Program-made: the position numbers and the translations under genes
In this document: one piece after another, positions 40,343 through 48,608 of the stretch
Layout of the letters: every line of letters starts with the position of its first letter
Numbering within the stretch: the stretch's first letter is position 1
Notes under the pieces: model-generated
What the model was told of the DNA's origin: nothing
Seen by the model: only the letters and a program-made list of their open reading frames with translations
Databases searched by the model: none
Virus record (IMG/VR): IMGVR_UViG_3300030118_003002
Coordinates: 32,235 to 96,234 of that record
Direction: 5' to 3' (one strand)
DNA: 64,000 nucleotides
Source: a virus

Positions 40343-41776
40343 TCAATTTTTTGGTTTTGGTCCACAATAAAACAAATTTCTTTTGGCTCTTGTAATTGCT
40401 ACATAGCAAATGTTTCTTTCTTCTCTAGGATTAGATGCCTTTGGATGAGGCATTCTGTCCGTAGCCAAGATATATACATTATCAGCCTCAAGACCTTTAG
40501 CCTTGTGAACAGTGGAAAGCATAATCTCTCCTTCTTCATTATTATCGAATACTCTCTTGATTTCATTTACAATTCCACCAACAGTAGTAGCCATAGAAGC
40601 AAAAATCTTCAAACATTCATACTTATCTTCAAGGTTGTTTGCTTGATTGACTTTATCAGCCGCAATCAACTTATCATAAGTAAATTTGAAGTCTTGTGCT
40701 AGTAATTCAGAAAACTCTTCTGAACCCATATTATCATTCTTAGTAATTTTTCTAACTGCATTAATCAGTCCTTTAGTCATATCACGACCTAGAACATAGG
40801 CAGATTTGCCCTGTAAAATTAAATCGTAAAACGCTGAAACCAAAGGTGCATTATATCTGCATAGAACCATATCGTTTGCTTGTGGATTAAACGGTGCATT
40901 CTCAACAACCATTCCATCTATTGCATCAGAACGGCAAGTAAAATTCTTGACATATCTGTTTGCTTCTGCAACGACTGTTTTAGGGCATCTCCAAGTCAAA
41001 CTCAAAGAAAAACGCTTGATTTCTCTATCACCTTTTTCTAGCCTTCTGACAAACATATCCATTGAATTTGAATCTGCTCCTCGGAAACCATAAATTGCTT
41101 GATTTGGGTCGCCCACAATAATACATCTGCCATTTGCAACACATCTAGAAATCAATTCTCTTTGCATTTCATTGAAATCTTGCGCCTCATCAACATATAA
41201 TGTATCAAAAATAGGTAATGGCATATCTAATACTAAAGGTAGCCAAATCATGTCATCAAAATCAATCATAGCAGTATTTCTCTTGCATTGATTAAGAATG
41301 GCTGGAATACTATCAATAGCGATTAACTCTTCACGGTCTGATTTGAATTCAATATTGTATTCATCAATCAATCTGTAAATAGACTTCTTATCATCACCTT
41401 CAACCATTGAACCTTTAATCAAACTAATTAGTTTAGTTAATGGTTGTGCGTAAAAATCACGACCAAGCATATCATCAATAATATTTCTCAATTTGAAATT
41501 ATTGACCTTAGTTCTAATTCCAGCACTTCTTAATGCAGCAAAACCTAATGCATGAAAAGTCTTTGCTTCAACATCATCTGGTAGTCTTTCTGCTAATTCT
41601 TTCTGAATGGATTTATTAAAGCACAAAAATGCTTTCTTCTGTCCATCGTCTCTATTTGCTCCTTCAACAATTGTAAATGTTTTACCAACACCTGCACCTG
41701 CGTCAACAATAATGTGACTTGTGCCATTTGCTATTTCATTCCAAATTGCTTCTTGCTCTTTTGTTCCTGTTATCAT
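40343..41776 (-). CDS. UvrD/Rep-like superfamily 1 helicase
   Basis: AGAGVGKT, VDEAQD, VGDPNQAIYGFRGA, STVHKAKGLE, YVAITRA. Confidence 0.92.
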   Translation of the reverse strand: MITGTKEQEAIWNEIANGTSHIIVDAGAGVGKTFTIVEGANRDDGQKKAFLCFNKSIQKELAERLPDDVEAKTFHALGFAALRSAGIRTKVNNFKLRNIIDDMLGRDFYAQPLTKLISLIKGSMVEGDDKKSIYRLIDEYNIEFKSDREELIAIDSIPAILNQCKRNTAMIDFDDMIWLPLVLDMPLPIFDTLYVDEAQDFNEMQRELISRCVANGRCIIVGDPNQAIYGFRGADSNSMDMFVRRLEKGDREIKRFSLSLTWRCPKTVVAEANRYVKNFTCRSDAIDGMVVENAPFNPQANDMVLCRYNAPLVSAFYDLILQGKSAYVLGRDMTKGLINAVRKITKNDNMGSEEFSELLAQDFKFTYDKLIAADKVNQANNLEDKYECLKIFASMATTVGGIVNEIKRVFDNNEEGEIMLSTVHKAKGLEADNVYILATDRMPHPKASNPREERNICYVAITRAKRNLFYCGPKPKN

Positions 41777-41867
41777 TTTTATTTCCTCCTATTATTATTT
41801 TTAGGGAATGTGAAAACGCCCAATTTCTTAGGCGGTGAAAATGTGTAAAAATTTACACTTGAATAAG

Positions 41868-42029
41868 CGGGCTATGTGGGGTTCGAACCCACGACCAACG
41901 GGTATCTTTTGAGGAAAATGAGTTATGAGAAAGTATAACACATAATCGAAAATTGAGCAAGACCCCATTTATTACTTCGATAAAACCTCATTAAAAGCCC
42001 GTTGCGCTACCTGACTGCGCCAATAGCCC
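41868..42029 (-). tRNA. tRNA-Lys(UUU) with 88-nt intron (41904-41991) at position 37/38
   Basis: Acceptor GGGCTAT/ATAGCCC, D arm GCGC/GCGC, anticodon stem ACGGG/CCCGT, T arm GTGGG-TTCGAAC-CCCAC; exact BHB (CTTT/AAAG helix, TAA and ATA bulges, TGAGG/CCTCA); no encoded CCA. Confidence 0.93.
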
Positions 42030-42271
42030 AAAGCGGAAGAAGGAGAGACAATCTGATAAATCAGACATATTCTCCTAAAGCCCCATGTCTCTCAACTTCT
42101 TCCATAATGAAAGAATGTCACACAATCGCTTGTCAAGGGCGACTAATGTGACAATACTTTTCACCGGAGTCTAGGGTGGCTGGACTACTTATAGGGTGAC
42201 CCAAGTCATCCCCCCCTCCCTTTTTAATAAATTAATACAAATCTATTGCCTCTTAACATACAATAAAAAAA

Positions 42272-42303
42272 GCCCCCCACAAGAGCGAACTCCTGTGAGG
42301 GGC
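42272..42303 (-). terminator. Hairpin plus U-run
   Basis: GCCCCCCACAAGAG...CTCCTGTGAGGGGC with adjacent A-run. Confidence 0.6.
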
Positions 42304-42350
42304 AAAAGACCCATTAGGGTTAAACCAAATCTTTCAGAATTAAATCAAAT

Positions 42351-42884
42351 TCATTCTTCAGAAGATTCACTTGACAAAAGCGACTCAACGCTCCCATCCC
42401 AAGTTTGTTCTTTGAACATTTTACTTAGTTGGGTTCGTGCTTTCTTTGCCTGTGCCTTTGCATAATCTTCAGCAGATTCATATTGTCCTCCACCGGATTT
42501 AGCATGACGAAGACAAAGAGCCGCCATAATTCCATCATGGTTGTAGTAGTTAACTGCCGCTTCTTCAACGACACCGCAAATGCGGTCAATTACTACTCTA
42601 ACACTTGTTGGAACTGCGCTCTTTGCACCTTTGCGGCCAAATGGTGAACCATCACGGCCTTTCAATAGTGCCTTTAGCGCATTTGCCGCAGCATCTCTTT
42701 CATTCGGGTTATTTTGACCGACTTCAAGGTGTAGTTGAACCACTTGTTTCAACGCACCATCAATCGCATCTGTTTCTAGGTATTCATTCGTTTCAATAAC
42801 GATACTGTCCCACTTTACATCATCCATATTATCATATCCTACCCCGCCTATTTTGGGGGCAGACTCTCCATATGCTAACACCAT
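42351..42884 (-). CDS. Paralog family member 1 (likely start MDDVKW)
   Basis: Shares W..., KG..S...V..V.D.I, RHAKSGG..Y, K...WDGS with 45887-46447 and 46697-47185. Confidence 0.7.
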   Translation of the reverse strand: MVLAYGESAPKIGGVGYDNMDDVKWDSIVIETNEYLETDAIDGALKQVVQLHLEVGQNNPNERDAAANALKALLKGRDGSPFGRKGAKSAVPTSVRVVIDRICGVVEEAAVNYYNHDGIMAALCLRHAKSGGGQYESAEDYAKAQAKKARTQLSKMFKEQTWDGSVESLLSSESSEE

Positions 42885-42897
42885 ATAAAGGGAGTCA
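42882..42897 (-). promoter_or_regulatory. TATA-type promoter TGACTCCCTTTATATG
   Basis: Identical to 36138-36153. Confidence 0.65.
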
Positions 42898-42974
42898 ATT
42901 ATCTGTATTTTCGGCTACTTGCGAACCTGTTCAGAATTAGTGTTTAATAAGTAATAATTGATTTTCACTCAAAT

Positions 42975-43230
42975 ACATTATTCCACCGGAAAATTATTCG
43001 GAAAAATAATGGAATTAGAAACTTCAAGGTTATGTTGCACAGCCCTTGAGTTTCTGAAGGGTTTGGCATTATTCCATTATTCCACCCGAAACGGGGGGTC
43101 ACTATCTCATAGAGAGAGTAAATCAAAGAGAGAGGGGGGAAATTGTGTATGTATGGTATGGAATAATGGAATAATAGAATAATATTAATTTCTTAGGGGT
43201 TATGTTGCACAACCCCTAAGTTTCTTAAAT
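42975..43230. repeat. Origin-like nested direct and inverted repeats
   Basis: Perfect 17-bp inverted repeat 43068-43084/43159-43175; two hairpins with loop ATGTTGCAC (about 43022-43050 and 43192-43220). Confidence 0.65.
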
Positions 43231-43482
43231 TTTATTTCCGATTCTGGTTGGAAAAATGAGTGGAAACATTTTTTGCATCATATATTATATGGTATTTCAT
43301 ATGAGTATTTTATGATATACATATTTCTTATACGGTCAATTGAAAACAATACAGAATAATATGTTAATATTTTAGAATCAATAAATCACCTTCAACCAAT
43401 CGCTCTCTAATACTATCTTTCTTGGTGATAGTGGGACTTTGGGGTAACGAAGTGAAGAACGAGAACCCTAAAAAAATGGTGC

Positions 43483-43530
43483 GGGATGCCGAATCCGGAG
43501 AAAACAACTAAACTCCGGATTCGACACCCC
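43483..43530 (-). terminator. Hairpin plus U-run
   Basis: CGAATCCGGAG...CTCCGGATTCG perfect stem with A-run on the left. Confidence 0.6.
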
Positions 43531-43549
43531 TAATTCTTGATTTCACGAC

Positions 43550-43822
43550 TCAATCTTTGTTGTAATGTGCAAACATTTTGTCGTGGAAACGGGAGAATCT
43601 ATTCAACTGTGTTGAGTTCCAAACTCCGTATATCCTAATCTTAGTATAGCCGAAATCCATTTGGCTAATATGTAGGCTTCTATTCTTCTTCAATTCACTA
43701 GCCAAAAACCGTAGGATTTCTGGTTGGTATTTTTGTGCGGCTTCACAGGCATTCATGGTGAGTGTTCCTCTCCACTGCCCGTTCTCTAATTCAATGTCTA
43801 TGTTTAATCCCATAAGAACCAA
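43550..43822 (-). CDS. Hypothetical early protein
   Basis: Between promoter-like CCCTATATGAAA (- strand) and terminator. Confidence 0.55.
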   Translation of the reverse strand: MVLMGLNIDIELENGQWRGTLTMNACEAAQKYQPEILRFLASELKKNRSLHISQMDFGYTKIRIYGVWNSTQLNRFSRFHDKMFAHYNKD

Positions 43823-43936
43823 TACTATGAATTACACTATTTCATATAGGGTTGGCTTCGCTAATCCTCAAAGTTACAACCATATGGTATGTCTTTTGAA
43901 CATACCTTATGATAAAGTAATTAAATTGATATTAAT

Positions 43937-44326
43937 ATGACATGGGTAAATATATCATGCAAGAATAACTGTGGAGAAACAATATCAGTAGGCCACTATG
44001 GACTAGGTGATTATGAAGATGAATATGCAGATTATGAAATCATCGCTACCTGTGGTGAATGTAATCGTGCAGAACAGGGTATTCCAAGCAAATACGAAGA
44101 AGAACGAACATATGAGGAATCTATGACCGATTTCAAAACTAGAGTTATGAACGAAGGAATTGATAATGTGATTGATTATCGGATTGTGTATGAAGGCAAT
44201 CTGAATGATGTAGTCCAATTTACTGTTAGTTTGTGGAAGGAACAATCACATCCTAGATATTTAGAGGCAATTTGGGGATTGTTGAAAACACTACCTAGTA
44301 ATGGATTAATGGTGGTGGCCGAGTAA
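43937..44326 (+). CDS. Hypothetical early protein with Cys motifs
   Basis: Own promoter and terminator; CKNNC...CGEC. Confidence 0.65.
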   Translation: MTWVNISCKNNCGETISVGHYGLGDYEDEYADYEIIATCGECNRAEQGIPSKYEEERTYEESMTDFKTRVMNEGIDNVIDYRIVYEGNLNDVVQFTVSLWKEQSHPRYLEAIWGLLKTLPSNGLMVVAE

Positions 44327-44350
44327 AAATCGGCCATCACCTATTTTTTT
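44311..44350 (+). terminator. Hairpin plus U-tract
   Basis: GGTGGTGGCCGA...TCGGCCATCACC then TATTTTTTT. Confidence 0.75.
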
Positions 44351-44438
44351 ATGGTCTGTGCCGTTGCTCAAAAGAACACTTCCAAACCATATGGTTGAGT
44401 CTTTTGAATAAACCCTAGATAAAGTATTGATAAACATA

Positions 44439-44822
44439 GTATTGTTCAGCAAGGGTTCGCTACCTTTGTTGGATAGTCAGTGGCCGAATACACTAGTAGC
44501 GGTGTAAGGCACTTCTTAACCGTGTGGTGCGGGTTTCACCCATTATCGGAAGTCCTATTGGATAGTATGATAGTGGTTCTTGAAGCGTATGTTCCTCAAA
44601 AGGGCATCAATTACCAATTGATGAATACATGAGAAGGTAGTGCGACCCTCAATTGAACAAAAGCAGTAAATTGAGTTACAAACTTAGTGGTGCAAGATAA
44701 TCCACTCCACTTCCTAGAACCAGAAATGGTATCTTCTAGGCTGACACCCTTTAGAATTCAGCGAGAGAGTCGAAAACTAAGCCGGTGGCTATCTCTCTCG
44801 CTGGATTCGCCTAAATTTTTTT
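44439..44822 (+). ncRNA. Putative structured non-coding RNA (~380 nt)
   Basis: Promoter upstream, terminator hairpin plus T-run downstream, long-range pairing 44442-44466 with 44634-44660, no credible ORF. Confidence 0.6.
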
Positions 44823-44875
44823 ATGGTTTATCCATTAATTCAAAAGAACCATTACTCAACCATATGGTTTGAACT

Positions 44876-45151
44876 TTGTCAAACCTTACATATAGTCGTT
44901 TAATTTATAACAACATGGAAACCAAAGTAAAATGGGGAACAACAGTCCATCCGGACAATACAATACTAAAGCAAGTAATTAGCAAGTTTGAAGACGAAGA
45001 AACAATGTTTCATATTTGGAATAGAGCAGTTGCTAATGATGATTTACCTAAAATGAAGCATTTTATGGATATTGAAGCATTAACTATTACTTCTCAAGCG
45101 TTTGTATCTTTTAACGAATACTTAGAATATATGGGAGATGAAGAAGAATGA
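44876..45151 (+). CDS. Hypothetical early protein (likely start METKVK)
   Basis: First of four short coupled ORFs running to about 45602. Confidence 0.6.
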   Translation: MSNLTYSRLIYNNMETKVKWGTTVHPDNTILKQVISKFEDEETMFHIWNRAVANDDLPKMKHFMDIEALTITSQAFVSFNEYLEYMGDEEE

Positions 45152-45602
45152 ATGATTATGAAATGATGAAGAAAATAATATTCAACTTGGCTGAATACCT
45201 AAATTGTCCTAATGAAGAATTAGAGAAAATGATAGGTGTTAGTTGGATGCGATTTCATAGTTTAGTAGCAAGATTGGAGGGAGAAGAAGAATGAGTTGTT
45301 ATGATTGTGGAAGTAATAAATTAGAGATGGAAGAAAGTTATACAGGCACTTGGTTCATTTGCTGTAAAGAATGTGAATGGGTCGAGATATACGATTTGTA
45401 TAAAGCAGATAATGAACCGGAAAATTATGGAGATGATTAAATGGATAGAATAGAAAAGATGAGAAAAAGAGTTGCTGAAGGTGAAGCATGGTGGGCAGAT
45501 TATGTCGCTAAAATAAATGAGCAGAATGCAGATAAAGTTGCTATTGGTTGTGTTTTGAATCCAGATAAGCCTTTAACATCTGAAAGAAGATATGTTGATT
45601 AA

Positions 45603-45637
45603 AGGGGATTGGGGCGAAAGCCCCATCCTCTTTTTTT
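45603..45637 (+). terminator. Hairpin (GAAA-type loop) plus U-tract
   Basis: GGGGATTGGGGC-GAAA-GCCCCATCCTC-TTTTTTT. Confidence 0.8.
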
Positions 45638-45886
45638 AACAGATAAGGTAGCACAAAGTCGCTACCATATGGTTGTGTCACACTTTGGTAATACGGAGTA
45701 TTTGACACAACCCTATTAAAAAAAATAGTGGGCGGAAGGGGAAACAGCGAGTGTCCTTTGGTTTTCTCACTGTTTCCCCCTTCCTACTCTTCCGCATTGA
45801 CCTATGTTCAGATTCAATTGTAATTTTAACAGGTGTTACCGGATGCCCGTAGGAATCGTATGGGGCTTAAAGGGATTGAATCGGTA

Positions 45887-46447
45887 TCACACGGCATCCT
45901 CCTCTTGGGATTCTTCCGTTTCTTCCTCGTCTGAGGAATTGGACTTCATAGGCGGAGTCATGCCTGTTAGTCCACTATCGCTCATAGTTCCATCCCAGCG
46001 ACCATCTTTCAATGCCGCTTTTAGAACTCTTACAGCCTTTGTTGCCATATCAGAAGCCAATGCTTCAATGTCAGCGTATGCGCCACCTGTTTTACCATGT
46101 GGCAGCATTACTTCAAGTAGCAAGTCAGCGTCTGAAATTGTGACAAATGCATTTTGAATGCGATTGCTCACAGAATCCACAACTGCCTGAATTGCTGGGT
46201 CTAGCGTTGAGCCACGACCTTTCTTTATTGGCGAGTTTGGGAGGGTCTTGCATAATGCCCGAACTGCTTCCCAAAAACGATTTCTGTCATCATCAGATGC
46301 GGCTGAATCGCCAGCATCTAGATTTACTGTTATTACTGCTCCCATAGCCCCTGCATCATTATGCTCAAGCCATGCTCTAATTTCGTTAGACTTTGTTATC
46401 CACTTTTCTTGTTCCATTCTTTTCATCTCCTGTATTGACTCCATCAA
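45887..46447 (-). CDS. Paralog family member 2 (likely start 46417, MEQEKW)
   Basis: Identical block DRNRFWEAVRALCKTLPNSPIKKGRGSTL shared with 46697-47185. Confidence 0.8.
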   Translation of the reverse strand: MMESIQEMKRMEQEKWITKSNEIRAWLEHNDAGAMGAVITVNLDAGDSAASDDDRNRFWEAVRALCKTLPNSPIKKGRGSTLDPAIQAVVDSVSNRIQNAFVTISDADLLLEVMLPHGKTGGAYADIEALASDMATKAVRVLKAALKDGRWDGTMSDSGLTGMTPPMKSNSSDEEETEESQEEDAV

Positions 46448-46587
46448 TACCGACTCAATCCCTTTGAGCCACTACTATCCAATAACCTACTTTATGTAAG
46501 GTTGCTCAAAGATGCAACCATATGGTAATAAATATTCATGTAATGAATACACTTTGGTTTTACTACCCTAAAATAAAAAAATAAGGC

Positions 46588-46661
46588 ATAACCCGCATAG
46601 GCTGATTAATCATACAGATAATAGATATAAGAATCGGAATTATCAGTCCTATGCGGGTTAT
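46588..46661 (-). terminator. Long hairpin with U-rich tract
   Basis: ATAACCCGCATAGG...CCTATGCGGGTTAT 14-bp perfect stem; A-run on the left. Confidence 0.65.
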
Positions 46662-46696
46662 TTGGTGAATCTGGGGCTTGGGGATTAAAGCATCAA

Positions 46697-47185
46697 TCAT
46701 TCTTCCTCGTCAACCTCCTCAACGGGGAATGCTTGGGTTAATAGCCCTTGACGACTACCATCCCAAATTTGCTCTTTGTATCTCTTCTTGAGAGAATTAA
46801 CTACTGTTTGTGACATATATGCAGAATACTCGTCAGCAGTGAATAAACCACCACCACTCTTTCCATGCTTCAATAGAAGCATATTCATGTCACCAATAGC
46901 AAAAAAATCACTAGCGGCTTGAGCGACTTCATCAGATATTGAATCTAAAACCGCTTGGACTTCATTAGGTAGTGTTGAACCACGACCTTTCTTAATAGGG
47001 CTATTTGGAAGTGTTTTACACAAGGCTCTAACTGCCTCCCAAAATCTATTCCTATCTTCATCTGTTTGTGCTTCATTACCGGCTTCAATATTAACTTGAA
47101 TAACCTGTCCCATAGCACCTGCGTCATTTTCCTTTAACCATGCAATAATCATGGCAACTTTATCATTCCATTTTTCTATTTCCAT
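46697..47185 (-). CDS. Paralog family member 3
   Basis: Shares the identical block with member 2; GGAG RBS upstream. Confidence 0.8.
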   Translation of the reverse strand: MEIEKWNDKVAMIIAWLKENDAGAMGQVIQVNIEAGNEAQTDEDRNRFWEAVRALCKTLPNSPIKKGRGSTLPNEVQAVLDSISDEVAQAASDFFAIGDMNMLLLKHGKSGGGLFTADEYSAYMSQTVVNSLKKRYKEQIWDGSRQGLLTQAFPVEEVDEEE

Positions 47186-47502
47186 TCTTAATCAACTCCT
47201 AAAATGTGTTAGATTAATGCTTCAATCCCCGAAGCCACTACTATTTGACCTCGGACTTCATATAAGGTAGCCATTCGTGCCTCATTACCAAAGTTGCTAC
47301 CATATGCTTTTAACATTAATTGGCTGATATTATTATTTATACAACCATATGGCTTTGTCCAAATTTTTTATTTTTTATATTAACATTAAAATGCCTGTAT
47401 TTAACGGTTAATTAACCAATATTAACATTTGAAGGTTAATTATTTCGCCATTAAACCGGCATTATTATATGTTTTACAGCCCTCGCCTAATCCGAGATAT
47501 AC

Positions 47503-47727
47503 ATGTCTAGTGCAGATGACATAGAAAGCATGATACAAGGTATTAATCAACAATTAACAGAAATAGTTTCGGATATTAAATCAAATACAAGTAAAAAGAA
47601 CATTACAACCCCTGAAGATAATAAGATTAAGTTAAGAAAAATAGCAAAGAAACTTAAAGAGATTAAATCTAAATTAACAGATGTTTATTCACCAAATACA
47701 CGGCAAACTACATTAAATATTGAATGA
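47503..47727 (+). CDS. Small coiled-coil protein
   Basis: Heptad pattern; C-terminal RQTTL could be a PIP-like box. Confidence 0.45.
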   Translation: MSSADDIESMIQGINQQLTEIVSDIKSNTSKKNITTPEDNKIKLRKIAKKLKEIKSKLTDVYSPNTRQTTLNIE

Positions 47728-47864
47728 TTATATTAAATGATTAAGATTTTATTCTGGGAATACATTAATTAATAAAAAAATGCTGACGCTAGTGCCAAAA
47801 AAATTCCGCCACATTTTTTGAAAAATCGTTTTTATTTTAAGCAATAAACAGGAAAAGGATTATT

Positions 47865-48218
47865 ATGACATGGAAAAATATACTAAAAGAAGATGAAGAA
47901 GATTACTATGAATCTGATACAAAAGAAGTAATTAAGGATTTTAACATCGCTAAAAATAACATGGAAGAGATGAAAAAGAGATTTGAAGAAATTGAATCTG
48001 TAGTTGAAGAATATGCAGATTTAGTGCTTAAATTTGATGAAGAAGTTATGAAATTGACAACGCTTCATGATAGGTTGGGATATGAAGGCAAATCTGCTAA
48101 TGAGTTCCGTGATAATGTATTTGAAAAATACAGATATGAAGCGTATGATAATTCTAAAAAGATAAATGCGCCTGTGGAAAAGATAGCAGAAAAATTGTTT
48201 AAACATAGAAGATTTTAA
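47865..48218 (+). CDS. W-tag protein (MTWKNILK)
   Basis: Shared N-terminal motif. Confidence 0.75.
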   Translation: MTWKNILKEDEEDYYESDTKEVIKDFNIAKNNMEEMKKRFEEIESVVEEYADLVLKFDEEVMKLTTLHDRLGYEGKSANEFRDNVFEKYRYEAYDNSKKINAPVEKIAEKLFKHRRF

Positions 48219-48230
48219 GGAGAGATTGAC

Positions 48231-48608
48231 ATGACATGGAAAGAAGTATTAAAATTAGACAGGGCTAAATTAAAGCGAAGGCGAGAAGAAGGAATGAAGT
48301 CAATAGAAGAATTAACTCAACTTCCCGAAGAAGATAGAGCATATATGAGAGGGGCTTTAGCGTCAGATATTGCGGCTGAAGAAATGGTTCATGCTGATGC
48401 TAGAAGGGAAAAAAGAAAGAGAACAGGTCTTTCAACAAAATATGACCAACCTTCGGGAACTCCAAGAAAAAATAGGCCACATAGAATGAAAGAAGAAGAT
48501 AAGCCAAAACCAAGAAAAAGGGCAAGCGAAGAAAGGTTGAGAGAACTAATTCGAAGAAATAAGCCACCTAAAATGGGGAGTAAAGGGTCAGGTTTTAGGG
48601 GACATTGA
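48231..48608 (+). CDS. W-tag basic protein (MTWKEVLK)
   Basis: Shared N-terminal motif; GGAG RBS. Confidence 0.75.
   Translation: MTWKEVLKLDRAKLKRRREEGMKSIEELTQLPEEDRAYMRGALASDIAAEEMVHADARREKRKRTGLSTKYDQPSGTPRKNRPHRMKEEDKPKPRKRASEERLRELIRRNKPPKMGSKGSGFRGH

Larger units (their letters stand above)
43879..47353. promoter_or_regulatory. Recurrent ACCATATGGT palindrome (5 exact, 2 near-exact copies)
   Basis: Exact at 43879, 44386, 44859, 45664, 46517; one-mismatch at 47299, 47344; all intergenic. Confidence 0.75.

Noticed and set aside
42958-43182. 74-aa ORF from the track
   Set aside because: Overlies the repeat/origin-like region; TTG start, no RBS, low-complexity translation
43937-43963. 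MTWVNISCK as another W-tag
   Set aside because: Lacks the second hydrophobic residue and Lys8; lies in the early region and leads into a Cys motif
44687-44872. 61-aa ORF from the track
   Set aside because: GTG start without RBS; runs through a terminator hairpin and the next promoter
45864-47236. BHB splice motifs or transposon ends at the ORF-enclosing stems
   Set aside because: No 3-4-3 bulge-helix-bulge could be drawn; no transposase or target duplication; strand-specific G-U pairs favour an RNA stem
43879-47353. ACCATATGGT copies as a CRISPR array
   Set aside because: Only 10 bp, irregularly spaced hundreds of bp apart with genes in between
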